A DNA stretch of 30,730 nt, taken from sequence record DRR723986_4151. One strand, written 5' to 3'. Position numbers and translations under genes: made by a program. The notes beneath the pieces were generated by a model. The model saw nothing but the letters and a program-made list of their open reading frames with translations. It ran no database searches and had not been told where the DNA came from. Below are positions 9,232-18,383 of the stretch, in pieces (position 1 is the first letter of the stretch; each line of letters begins with the position of its first letter).

Positions 9232-9969
9232 CTATTTTTTGAAAACTTTATAAATTGGTTTTAAAAACCAGAAGAATTTTCGGTAAAAATGAAGGGATTT
9301 GTAATAGGTAATTTTGAATAGTTTTTCTTGGTAAGCTTTTACTGTTAAAGATTTAGTGCGTTTTTCTGGTTTCATAAAGATGGCAGCAAATCCTCCCCAC
9401 ATTTCTCTATCTAGCCCATCATGATTATATAGTCCTGTAACATAATCTAGTTCTACAGCATGTACAAATTGGTTTGAGTTGTAATCAAAAGACTTAATGC
9501 CTGTTCTACAATTTGGATTAAAACTATCATGAAGTATAATTAGTATTTGTTGACTGGGAACTAACTTTAAAATATTTGTGATATCATCTAAAACACCTTG
9601 TGCGCTATGATCTCCATCAATAAGGACAAATTCTACGATATCATATGAGTTATTCAGCTTATCAACTAATTCAGGAACAATTGTTTTAGAATCGCCAATA
9701 AGATACTCTACATTATTAAAAGCTGTGCAACGTTCATCTCTATATTCTGGCATTAAATCTACTGCGTAGACTTTTTCAGAATATGCACTAAGTGCTTGTA
9801 AACTTCCTCCATTATAAGTGCCAATTTCAATAGACACTTTTGGTTTTATGTGTTGTAAAAGTTGAATAAGTACAGATTGCTCTGCTTTACTCATTGACCA
9901 GGGAATTGTAAAGTCATTTAAGTAATTCTTTGGGATATCACCTTCATTGGTACTTTGACTTACCATCAT
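9232..9969 (-). CDS. Class I SAM-dependent methyltransferase (Methyltransf_24-like)
   Basis: IEIGTYNGGS motif I, GDS, FVLIDGDHS, ILHD. Confidence 0.85.
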   Translation of the reverse strand: MMVSQSTNEGDIPKNYLNDFTIPWSMSKAEQSVLIQLLQHIKPKVSIEIGTYNGGSLQALSAYSEKVYAVDLMPEYRDERCTAFNNVEYLIGDSKTIVPELVDKLNNSYDIVEFVLIDGDHSAQGVLDDITNILKLVPSQQILIILHDSFNPNCRTGIKSFDYNSNQFVHAVELDYVTGLYNHDGLDREMWGGFAAIFMKPEKRTKSLTVKAYQEKLFKITYYKSLHFYRKFFWFLKPIYKVFKK

Positions 9970-9970
9970 T

Positions 9971-10267
9971 TTAACGAAGTACTAATTTGGTTATGACCTC
10001 TTTTCCTATGGCTTCATTTAGCATTTTTATTATTTTCTCATTACCATAACTCAATTCTTCTCGTAAAACACTAGAGCTCAGTTTTACATACAAGACTTCT
10101 CTTTTTAATTCTATTGCAGTTGTGTAGTTATTTACTCCATTGCCCATAAGATTTGCCCAGGCTTCTTCTACATTTACCTTGTCTAAACCAGATTCTAAAT
10201 TATTGGTTTTTACAAACTCCTTTAAGATGTCTTGTATGGGTTGGTTATCATTATTACGTTTTGCCAT
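9971..10267 (-). CDS. dciA: DUF721/DciA family protein (replicative helicase loader-like)
   Basis: EEAWANLMG...LYVKLSSSVLREELSY pattern, downstream of recF. Confidence 0.85.
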   Translation of the reverse strand: MAKRNNDNQPIQDILKEFVKTNNLESGLDKVNVEEAWANLMGNGVNNYTTAIELKREVLYVKLSSSVLREELSYGNEKIIKMLNEAIGKEVITKLVLR

Positions 10268-10270
10268 GAC

Positions 10271-10693
10271 CTAGTCTTCAATGGTTAAATTTATTGGTGT
10301 ATAACGCTTATATAAATATACCTTGTTATTTTTATTTACCACTTTAAGTTTGTCTGGCGAAGCTTCAATAATGGTTTCTTTCCAATTTGCGTATGGCGTA
10401 GCGTAATAGACGTTTAAACTATCGTTTTCAATTTTTAGTGTAATAGCTTCAGCATCATCAGATGTAAAATAGGTGTCATTAAGGCCTGGTTTTAATTTTT
10501 TTCTAAACCCTTTAAGACTATCATTAACACTTATATAGTCTATAGTCTCATTAAACTTATATGTTTTTTTTTGACCATTGGCTAAAGTAACTTCTTCAAT
10601 TTCCCAATAGCCATTAAGATGTTCTATATAGGATTCAGGGTTGTTAGAGCATCCTAATAACACTATACAAAACAGCCAGATTAATTTTTTCAT
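10271..10693 (-). CDS. Lipocalin-like lipoprotein
   Basis: Lipobox VLLGC and [10 protein letters not shown] (GxW) motif. ATGA overlap with recF. Confidence 0.75.
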   Translation of the reverse strand: MKKLIWLFCIVLLGCSNNPESYIEHLNGYWEIEEVTLANGQKKTYKFNETIDYISVNDSLKGFRKKLKPGLNDTYFTSDDAEAITLKIENDSLNVYYATPYANWKETIIEASPDKLKVVNKNNKVYLYKRYTPINLTIED

Positions 10694-11769
10694 AATTTGA
10701 AAATTTTATAGGATTGATGAATTTGCTTTACAATGTTCTCAGTTCTGTCAGCATGTGTATCGCTTATAAATATTTGTCCGAAATGATCGTTATCAACCAG
10801 ACTTATAATTTGTGCCACTCTGTTTTCATCTAATTTATCAAAAATATCATCAAGTAATAGAATAGGTGATACTCCACTTTGCTGTTTTACAAAATCAAAT
10901 TGTGCCAATTTTAAGGCAATTAAAAATGATTTTTGCTGCCCTTGACTTCCAAATTTCTTAATTGGAAATTCATCAATTAGAAATACAAGATCATCTTTAT
11001 GTGCACCAACACTAGTGTATTGTAACGCTTTGTCTTTATTGAGATTAGCTTCTAATAATTGTTTTAGGTCACCATTAAAAAGATCGCTTTTGTACCGTAA
11101 ATTAATGGTCTCTTTACTTTGGCTTATAGCTTCGTAACGCTCTTTGAATATGGGTATGAAGATTTCTAAAAACGTCTCTCGTTTTTTAAAAATTTCAGTA
11201 CCATAGGTGTGTAACTGATCATTATAAATAGCTAAGGTGTCACCATTAAAGGTATTATTCAAAGCAAAATATTTGAGCAATGAGTTACGTTGAGACAATA
11301 CTTTGTTGTAAGCAATTAAGGCAGATAAATAGGATTTGTCACTTTGTGAAATGACACTGTCAATAAATTTTCTGCGCGTATCACTACCTTCTATAATTAA
11401 GTCTCTATCAGCAGGTGAGATTATCACTAAAGGAATAAAACCAATGTGATCACTAAACTTCTCATACGCCTTGCCGTTTCGTTTAATTATTTTTTTTTGG
11501 CCACGTTTAAGTGAAACTATAATCTTTTCATCGCGCTCATTTTTAGTGAAGTTACCATCAACAACAAAGAATTCAGCATTATGATTAATATTTTGAAGTG
11601 CAACTGGGTTAAAATAACTTTTACCAAAAGCCAAATGATAAATAGCATCTAAGGCATTTGTTTTCCCAATTCCGTTGGCGCCTACAAAACAGTTGATTTT
11701 AGCATCAAAATCGAAAACCTGACTTTCAAAATTTTTGTAATTAACTAAAGATAGTGTGTTTAGAATCAT
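10690..11769 (-). CDS. recF: DNA replication/repair protein RecF
   Basis: [13 protein letters not shown] Walker [15 protein letters not shown] signature, ILLLDD Walker B. Confidence 0.97.
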   Translation of the reverse strand: MILNTLSLVNYKNFESQVFDFDAKINCFVGANGIGKTNALDAIYHLAFGKSYFNPVALQNINHNAEFFVVDGNFTKNERDEKIIVSLKRGQKKIIKRNGKAYEKFSDHIGFIPLVIISPADRDLIIEGSDTRRKFIDSVISQSDKSYLSALIAYNKVLSQRNSLLKYFALNNTFNGDTLAIYNDQLHTYGTEIFKKRETFLEIFIPIFKERYEAISQSKETINLRYKSDLFNGDLKQLLEANLNKDKALQYTSVGAHKDDLVFLIDEFPIKKFGSQGQQKSFLIALKLAQFDFVKQQSGVSPILLLDDIFDKLDENRVAQIISLVDNDHFGQIFISDTHADRTENIVKQIHQSYKIFKL

Positions 11770-11833
11770 AAAAATAGAATGGTTTGCTTGTGTTTATTGA
11801 CTTAGCAAAGCATTTTTAGTGGTATAAATTATT

Positions 11834-11841
11834 CAAAAATA
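11834..11841 (-). promoter_or_regulatory. Bacteroidota -7 element (TATTTTTG) for the recF operon
   Basis: CAAAAATA on + is TAnnTTTG on the minus strand, in the divergent gap. Confidence 0.45.
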
Positions 11842-11877
11842 ACAAATAAATAGGCTTTTAAATCCCAATAAAAATTT

Positions 11878-11885
11878 TATTTTTG
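11878..11885 (+). promoter_or_regulatory. Bacteroidota -7 element (TATTTTTG) for TPR-ribH
   Basis: TAnnTTTG followed by C, 22 bp upstream of ATG 11908. Confidence 0.65.
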
Positions 11886-11907
11886 CGAACGCACAAATTG
11901 ACAAGAT

Positions 11908-12672
11908 ATGGCAACGTATAAGAAAAGAGGCTACAAACCAAAAACGAAAAAAGAAAAGGTAGAAGCCGTTGAGGAAAACTCAACAACAGCTGAAGTATTT
12001 AACACTTTAGATGAAGGAGCTTCTAAAACAGAAGAGTGGGTAGTTAAGAATCAAAAATATATCATCGGTTTTATTGGAGCTGTTGCTTTAGTAGTGTTGG
12101 GATATTTAGGTTACAACAAATTTGTAGCAGAACCACAACAAAAAGAAGCAATGAACGAAATGTACACTGCTAAAAAATATTTTGAAGATGCTGTTAATGG
12201 TATTACACCAGACTCACTTTACACTATGTCCTTAAATGGTGGTGAAGGTAAGTATGGTATGTTAGACATCATCAATGAATATGGTGGTAGTCCTGCTGCT
12301 AATTTAGCAAACTATTACGCTGGTATGGCATATTTAAATCTTAAAGATTATCAAAATGCAGTATCATACCTTAGTGAGTTTTCTAGCGATGATAACATGT
12401 TAGGTCCTATTGCTAAAGGTGGTATTGGTGATGCTTTTGTACAGTTAGAGCAACCAGAAGATGCTTTAGAATATTACGAAAAAGCAGCGAAGATGCAAAC
12501 TAATGAATTTACAACTCCATTGTACTTATTAAAAGCTGCTAGAGTTGCATTAGATTTAAATCTTAACCAAAAAGCATTAGATTATTTAAAGAAAATAAAA
12601 ACTAAATTTCCAACGTCTACAGAAGCTAGTCAGGTAGATGTGCTTATAGGAAAGGCAGAAGCAAGTTTATAA
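11908..12672 (+). CDS. Membrane-anchored TPR protein (YfgM-like)
   Basis: Single TM at about aa 51-69 followed by TPR helices (ANYYAGMAYL, IGDAFVQL...ALEYYEKA). Confidence 0.85.
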   Translation: MATYKKRGYKPKTKKEKVEAVEENSTTAEVFNTLDEGASKTEEWVVKNQKYIIGFIGAVALVVLGYLGYNKFVAEPQQKEAMNEMYTAKKYFEDAVNGITPDSLYTMSLNGGEGKYGMLDIINEYGGSPAANLANYYAGMAYLNLKDYQNAVSYLSEFSSDDNMLGPIAKGGIGDAFVQLEQPEDALEYYEKAAKMQTNEFTTPLYLLKAARVALDLNLNQKALDYLKKIKTKFPTSTEASQVDVLIGKAEASL

Positions 12673-12675
12673 ATT

Positions 12676-13182
12676 ATGGCTACTGCAAATCATAATTTAT
12701 CTAATTACGATAAATCTACAATCCCAAACGCGAAAGACTTTCGGTTTGGGATTGTTGTTTCTGAGTGGAATGATACTATAACAAATGGGTTATGGCAAGG
12801 TGCTTTTGATGCGCTCATAGATTGTGGCGCTGTAAAGGAAAATATAGTGCGTTGGAATGTACCTGGTACTTTTGAATTGACTTATGGTGCTGCCAGAATG
12901 TCTAAAAGTATATATGCCGAATCAGGTATGTTAGATGCTATTATTGTAATAGGTTGTGTTATTCAAGGAGAAACTAAGCATTTCGATTTTGTTTGCGAAG
13001 GTGTTACCCAAGGCATCAAAGATCTTAATTTAACAGGTGATATTCCTGTAATATTCTGTGTGTTAACGGATAATAACAGACAGCAGTCTATTGATAGATC
13101 TGGTGGAAAGCATGGTAATAAAGGAACAGAAGCTGCAATAACAGCTATAAAGATGGCCGATTTAAGGCGCAAGACGAAATAA
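12676..13182 (+). CDS. ribH: 6,7-dimethyl-8-ribityllumazine synthase
   Basis: GIVVSEWN, VPGTFEL, GCVIQGETKHFDFVC, RSGGKHGNKGTEAA. Confidence 0.97.
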   Translation: MATANHNLSNYDKSTIPNAKDFRFGIVVSEWNDTITNGLWQGAFDALIDCGAVKENIVRWNVPGTFELTYGAARMSKSIYAESGMLDAIIVIGCVIQGETKHFDFVCEGVTQGIKDLNLTGDIPVIFCVLTDNNRQQSIDRSGGKHGNKGTEAAITAIKMADLRRKTK

Positions 13183-13250
13183 AAGGTTCGTTTTTAATCA
13201 AAAACTAATAGTCTGCAACTCACTTTTAATTCTAACTAATAACATAAGCT

Positions 13251-13266
13251 TGGCAAGCTTTTTGTT
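13251..13266 (+). promoter_or_regulatory. Sigma54 (-24/-12)-like motif TGGCAAG-CTTT-TTGTT
   Basis: GG at 13252-13253 and GT at 13264-13265 have the canonical 12-bp offset. The motif deviates from TGGCACG-N4-TTGC at two positions, including the -12 C. Confidence 0.3.
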
Positions 13267-13311
13267 AATAATTTTAAGGAATCCTTAAGCAATTCTTCCT
13301 TGTAATTATTG

Positions 13312-13319
13312 TACTTTTG
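13312..13319 (+). promoter_or_regulatory. Bacteroidota -7 element (TACTTTTG)
   Basis: TAnnTTTG 31 bp upstream of the TTG start at 13351. Confidence 0.55.
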
Positions 13320-13350
13320 AGAAGTATCAGGATTATTATACAAGACAAAT

Positions 13351-13578
13351 TTGTTTAATCAACGAAAAAATAAACGTTTCAGTTATAAACCTCGTTTTCA
13401 GGATTCTAACACCGATGATGATCGGGAAAAATTGAAAGCTGAATTTGAGACTAAATGGAATGATGTAAAAGGTACTTCTAAACGAAGAGGAAATTTTTTA
13501 ACGTCATTACCTGCTTTAATCATAATGTTAGTTTCAATTTTTGTTTTAATGTATATCCTAGAAGGATATATTAAATAA
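13351..13578 (+). CDS. Small C-terminally anchored membrane protein (KNKxFxYKPR motif)
   Basis: 75 aa, TTG start, basic N-terminus, single C-terminal TM, similar to the next ORF. Confidence 0.75.
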   Translation: MFNQRKNKRFSYKPRFQDSNTDDDREKLKAEFETKWNDVKGTSKRRGNFLTSLPALIIMLVSIFVLMYILEGYIK

Positions 13579-13585
13579 GGATATT

Positions 13586-13867
13586 ATGGGATTAATGAAA
13601 CTTAAAAAGAATAAGAAATATAATTACAAACCACGCTACTATAAAGGTGAAGGAAATCCTTATGAATTAAAGCATAAATTTGATCATCATAGAACAACTG
13701 TAAATCCTCCAAAGGGTATAAAGGCAAAATGGAATGCCGCTCTGGATGATTATAACAATAGAGATGAAAATGTAAATAGACGTGTTTTAATTATAGTAGG
13801 CATTTTAATTCTATTGTTTCTAATCCTCATTGGTTTTGATTTGTCCATATTCCTCCCTAATAGCTAA
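13586..13867 (+). CDS. Small C-terminally anchored membrane protein (KNKxYxYKPR motif)
   Basis: 93 aa, single C-terminal TM. Its stop overlaps the mutL start (TAATG). Confidence 0.8.
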   Translation: MGLMKLKKNKKYNYKPRYYKGEGNPYELKHKFDHHRTTVNPPKGIKAKWNAALDDYNNRDENVNRRVLIIVGILILLFLILIGFDLSIFLPNS

Positions 13868-15729
13868 TGACAGATATAATTCAACTTTTACCAGACCATG
13901 TTGCCAACCAAATTGCAGCAGGTGAAGTGGTTCAGCGTCCAGCCTCAGTAGTTAAAGAACTTCTTGAAAATGCTATTGATGCTAACGCTACAGAAATAAA
14001 ACTCATCATTAAAGATGCTGGTAAAACCTTAGTACAGGTTATTGATAATGGTAAGGGTATGAGCGTTACAGACGCACGTTTAAGTTTTGAGCGACATGCA
14101 ACATCAAAAATAAAAACAGCTGAAGATTTATTTCAACTTAATACAAAAGGTTTTAGAGGTGAAGCATTAGCTAGTATTGCAGCAATCGCACATGTTGAGT
14201 TAAAAACGAAACGTTTAGAAGATGAACTGGGAACTGCCATAGAAATCGAAGGAAGTGCCGTTAATTCTCAAGAGGTTTCTGTAACACCAAGTGGTACATC
14301 TATAGCCGTAAAAAACTTATTTTTTAATATACCAGCAAGGCGTAATTTCTTAAAGTCAGATACAGTAGAGTTAAGACACATTACTGATGAATTTCATCGT
14401 GTGGTTTTAGCACATCCTAATATAGCTTTTGCATATTATCACAATGGGAGTGAACTTTTTAATTTACCAAGTGAAAATTACAGACAACGAGTGGTGCATG
14501 TGTTTGGTACTAAGACTAATGAAAAGCTCGTTCCGGTAGAAGAGGATACCGCAGTGTTGAAAATTTCGGGATTTGTTGGTAAACCAGAGTACTCAAAGAA
14601 AACACGATCAGAACAGTTCTTTTTTGTTAATCAACGCTTTATAAAAAGCCCTTATTTAAATCATGCAATTAATGCGGCATTTGAAGGATTGTTGAAAGAC
14701 GGTTATCATCCTAGTTACTTTTTAAACCTTACTGTAGATCCTAAAACTATTGATATTAATATACATCCCACAAAAACTGAAATTAAGTTTGATGATGAGC
14801 ATACCTTGTATGCTATTTTGCGGTCGGCAGTGAAGCATAGTTTGGGTCAGTTTAATATTGCACCTGTTTTAGATTTTGAGCATCAGAGTAGTTTAAATAC
14901 ACCATATAGTTATAAGGACAAACCTGCTAATGCACCAAAAATTCAAGTGGATAGTAGTTATAATCCGTTTTCAGAAGGTAGTGATACGAGTACTAAACAT
15001 AGACAGCAGCCGACTTCATTCAGAAAACCTGCAAATCCGTCGTGGGAGAGTTTATATGTTGGTTTAGAATCTAAAGGTAATTCGGACACAGACAATTTTG
15101 GTGAAGTTACTTTTGAAAGTAATGCAAAGAACGAATCGATTTTTAGAAATGACACAGATGTAGAAACTAAGAAATCTACATTTCAGATTCAGCAAAAATA
15201 TATTGTGAGTACAATTAAATCTGGTATGCTTGTTATTGACCAAAATAGAGCTCATCAGCGCATATTGTATGAAAACTTTTTAAAACATATTACCATTAAA
15301 GAAGCTGTAAGTCAGCAATTGTTGTTTCCACATCAGTTGCATTTTACTCCAGCTGAAGTAAAAATCATTAATCAGTTAAAGACTGATTTAGAGCATACAG
15401 GTTTTGTGTTTTCTGAGATTAGTGATAAGGAGATTACAATAACAGGACTGCCATTAGGTGTTCCTGAAAGTGAAGTTTCATTAATTTTAGAGCAACTGAT
15501 TAGTGACGTAGAAAATGATGTGCCAGAGGCTAATTTTAGCGCTGCTGATTTACTAGCTAAATCTATGGCAAAGAGTTTGGCTATTAAAAATGGACAATCG
15601 CTTAATAATACCGAACAAGAGCATTTAGTAAATAGTTTATTTGCTTGTAAGGAACCAAATGTATCTCCAACCAATAGACCAACATTTATTACGATGTCAG
15701 TTGATGATATTGAAAAAAAATTTGTGTAG
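13867..15729 (+). CDS. mutL: DNA mismatch repair endonuclease MutL
   Basis: NQIAAGEVVQRPASVVKELLENAIDA, GFRGEALASI, DINIHPTKTEI, C-terminal DQNRAHQRILYE. Confidence 0.97.
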   Translation: MTDIIQLLPDHVANQIAAGEVVQRPASVVKELLENAIDANATEIKLIIKDAGKTLVQVIDNGKGMSVTDARLSFERHATSKIKTAEDLFQLNTKGFRGEALASIAAIAHVELKTKRLEDELGTAIEIEGSAVNSQEVSVTPSGTSIAVKNLFFNIPARRNFLKSDTVELRHITDEFHRVVLAHPNIAFAYYHNGSELFNLPSENYRQRVVHVFGTKTNEKLVPVEEDTAVLKISGFVGKPEYSKKTRSEQFFFVNQRFIKSPYLNHAINAAFEGLLKDGYHPSYFLNLTVDPKTIDINIHPTKTEIKFDDEHTLYAILRSAVKHSLGQFNIAPVLDFEHQSSLNTPYSYKDKPANAPKIQVDSSYNPFSEGSDTSTKHRQQPTSFRKPANPSWESLYVGLESKGNSDTDNFGEVTFESNAKNESIFRNDTDVETKKSTFQIQQKYIVSTIKSGMLVIDQNRAHQRILYENFLKHITIKEAVSQQLLFPHQLHFTPAEVKIINQLKTDLEHTGFVFSEISDKEITITGLPLGVPESEVSLILEQLISDVENDVPEANFSAADLLAKSMAKSLAIKNGQSLNNTEQEHLVNSLFACKEPNVSPTNRPTFITMSVDDIEKKFV

Positions 15730-15732
15730 TAT

Positions 15733-16485
15733 ATGAGACAAGGAATAACAGAAGCAGTAAAACATTTATTGATTATTAATGTTGTAATGTTCATTGGAAC
15801 ATTAACCATAGGAAATGGTGAGGCATTTTATCAATGGTTTGCCTTATATTTTCCGAAGAGTGATGCATTTCAACCATGGCAAATAATTACGCATATGTTC
15901 ATGCATGGTAATGTGACACATATCCTTTTTAACATGTTCGCTTTATGGATGTTTGGCACTGCAGTAGAGCAAATATTTGGTACTAAGAAATTTGTAATAT
16001 TTTATTTGTTATCTGGATTAGGTGCAGCTATTATTCAAATTGCATTTTTGTATTTTCAATATAACACAGGTTTGACGACCTTAATTGAGTCTGGTTATTC
16101 CCAAACTGAAATTGTAAGTATATTAAGTGAAGGAAAGTATGATACGAACTGGGTTTCAATATTGGGTGATAAATTTGATGGATTTGCTAGTGCTTTTAAT
16201 TCAACCATGGTTGGTGCCTCTGGTGCTATTTTTGGTGTACTTGTCGCTTTTGGAATGCTCTTCCCAGAGTCTAAACTTATGTTGATTTTTCTTCCAATAC
16301 CGATTAAGGCGAAATATTTTATACCAGCTATAATAGGTCTTGATTTATTCTCTGCATTAACTGGAAATTCCGTATTTAGTCCAAGTAATACGGCTTATAT
16401 GGCACACGTTGGAGGAGCTTTAACAGGATTTTTGTTAATGTACTTTTGGAAAAAAAATGAAAGAGATAAATACCGTTGGAATTAG
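15733..16485 (+). CDS. Rhomboid family intramembrane serine protease
   Basis: WQIITHMFMHG, HILFNM, GASG catalytic Ser, AHVGG catalytic His. Confidence 0.95.
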   Translation: MRQGITEAVKHLLIINVVMFIGTLTIGNGEAFYQWFALYFPKSDAFQPWQIITHMFMHGNVTHILFNMFALWMFGTAVEQIFGTKKFVIFYLLSGLGAAIIQIAFLYFQYNTGLTTLIESGYSQTEIVSILSEGKYDTNWVSILGDKFDGFASAFNSTMVGASGAIFGVLVAFGMLFPESKLMLIFLPIPIKAKYFIPAIIGLDLFSALTGNSVFSPSNTAYMAHVGGALTGFLLMYFWKKNERDKYRWN

Positions 16486-16487
16486 CT

Positions 16488-17357
16488 ATGAGTACGTTTG
16501 AAGATTTAAAATACAAGTTTAATAGATCTAATGCTTTTGAGAAAATCATAGTAATTAATGTGATTGTCTTTGTAATTTCAAGACTGATTATCATTTTTGG
16601 AAGAACAGCAGATCCTTTACCATTTTTTAAACTACCAGCAGATTTTTTTGATTTTATAGTAAAACCATGGACGTTCATTACTTATGGATTCGTCCATTAT
16701 GGGTTCTTTCACCTATTATTTAATCTGTTAGTACTTTATTATATTTCAAGAATGCTATTAAACTTATTCAGGCCTAAAAAGGCATTGAATATCTATTTCC
16801 TTGGTATAATATCTGGTGCATTGGCATTTTTATTCGCTCATAATGTTTTGCCGAAAGAATTTTTGACAAACTCTAATCCATTAATAGGTGCTTCGGCAGG
16901 TGTTAGGGCATTGATCATTTTTTTAGGCGTGTACATGGCTAATACGGAGGTAAGACTCATAATGTTTAATGTTAAACTGAAGTATATCGCTATTGTACTT
17001 GTGATTATGGATGTTTTAGGATTATTTACATGGAATCAAGGAGGTAACATTGCGCATCTAGGCGGTGCGCTCTTAGGTTATGTGTATGCAACAAAACTTC
17101 AACAGGGAAAAGATATTGGTGCTGGATTTGAGCGTGTTATGGATTGCATTATTTCTTGGTTTCAGCCTAAATCAAATTTAAAAACAGTGCATAGAAAAAA
17201 GGGTAGTACCTCTTATGCTGGCAAGACTAAAAAGGAATTTGACGCGTTTAATAAACAAAAGAGAATTGATATGATTCTTGATAAAATCAGCAAAAGCGGA
17301 TACGACAGTTTAACTGCTGAGGAAAAGGAGTTCCTATTTAAAGCAGGTAAGGACTAA
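16488..17357 (+). CDS. Rhomboid family protease with C-terminal DUF6576-like domain
   Basis: PWTFITYGFVH, HLLFN, GASAG, AHLGG, tail IDMILDKISKSGYDSLTAEEKEFL. ATG 16488 is preferred over TTG 16476. Confidence 0.93.
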   Translation: MSTFEDLKYKFNRSNAFEKIIVINVIVFVISRLIIIFGRTADPLPFFKLPADFFDFIVKPWTFITYGFVHYGFFHLLFNLLVLYYISRMLLNLFRPKKALNIYFLGIISGALAFLFAHNVLPKEFLTNSNPLIGASAGVRALIIFLGVYMANTEVRLIMFNVKLKYIAIVLVIMDVLGLFTWNQGGNIAHLGGALLGYVYATKLQQGKDIGAGFERVMDCIISWFQPKSNLKTVHRKKGSTSYAGKTKKEFDAFNKQKRIDMILDKISKSGYDSLTAEEKEFLFKAGKD

Positions 17358-17363
17358 CATACA

Positions 17364-18383
17364 ATGAAAGGTTTAAAACTACGTGATAAAATTGTTTTTC
17401 TAGTCAATTCCTTGGCTGCATTTTTATTACTGATATCTTACGTTTTACCATATTTACCACCTCAAAAATTCGCATTACTTTCTGTCCTAAGTTTGGGAGT
17501 TCCATTACTTATAGTTCTAAATCTTCTATTCTTTATTTACTGGCTTTTAAAAGTAAAAAAGCAACTTTTATTGTCTTTAATTGTTCTCATTTTTGGTGTA
17601 CGTTATATCAATTCACTGTATAAATTTTCATCATCTAAGCATATAGAAGATAAGGGTAACATATCAGTAATGAATTACAATGTGAGGCTATATAACCTAT
17701 ATAATTGGTCACCAAGTAAAACGATTAAGGAAGATATTTTACAATTTATAAAAGATGAACAGCCAGACGTACTCTGTGTGCAGGAGTCTCCTAAACGTTA
17801 TGGTTTAGAACTAGAAGGCTATTATAAATACAATGCTGTATATGATGATTACGTTGTAAGAGGACAGGTGATTTATACTAAATTTCCTATTGTGAATAGC
17901 GGCTCTTTAGATTTTCCAGACTCATATAATAATGCCATTTATGTAGATGTGGTTAAGCAAAAAGATACGGTTAGAGTTTATAACATCCACTTGCAATCTT
18001 CTGGTATTAATACAAAAGTAGAATCTCTTAAGGAACAGACTTCTGAGAATCTCATTAACAGACTAACATCAACATTTAAAAAACAGCAAGAACAAGCTGA
18101 AATGTTTGTAAAGCATAAAGAAAAATGTAAACATAGAGTTATAGTAGCTGGTGATTTCAACAATACGGCTTACTCTTATGTTTATAAGGAAATAAAGGGT
18201 GATCTAGTAGATGCTTTTCAGGAAGCCGGTAATGGGTTTGGTCGTACATTCGATTTTAAATTCTTTCCTGTACGTATAGATTTTATACTTGCTGATGAGT
18301 CTTTAACCGTTAATGGTTTTAATAATTACGATGTGAAATATTCAGATCATTACTCAATAAAAGCGACCTTAAAACTACATTAG
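17364..18383 (+). CDS. Endonuclease/exonuclease/phosphatase (EEP) family membrane protein
   Basis: Three N-terminal TMs, MNYNV, PDVLCVQE, NIHLQS, AGDFN, RIDFI, SDHY. Confidence 0.93.
   Translation: MKGLKLRDKIVFLVNSLAAFLLLISYVLPYLPPQKFALLSVLSLGVPLLIVLNLLFFIYWLLKVKKQLLLSLIVLIFGVRYINSLYKFSSSKHIEDKGNISVMNYNVRLYNLYNWSPSKTIKEDILQFIKDEQPDVLCVQESPKRYGLELEGYYKYNAVYDDYVVRGQVIYTKFPIVNSGSLDFPDSYNNAIYVDVVKQKDTVRVYNIHLQSSGINTKVESLKEQTSENLINRLTSTFKKQQEQAEMFVKHKEKCKHRVIVAGDFNNTAYSYVYKEIKGDLVDAFQEAGNGFGRTFDFKFFPVRIDFILADESLTVNGFNNYDVKYSDHYSIKATLKLH

Noticed and set aside
12600..12700. FMN riboswitch before ribH
   Set aside because: Only 3 bp separate ribH from the upstream gene, and no RFN-like sequence is seen in the operon leader.
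14958..16678. Minus-strand ORFs opposite mutL and the rhomboids
   Set aside because: Antisense shadows of well-supported genes.
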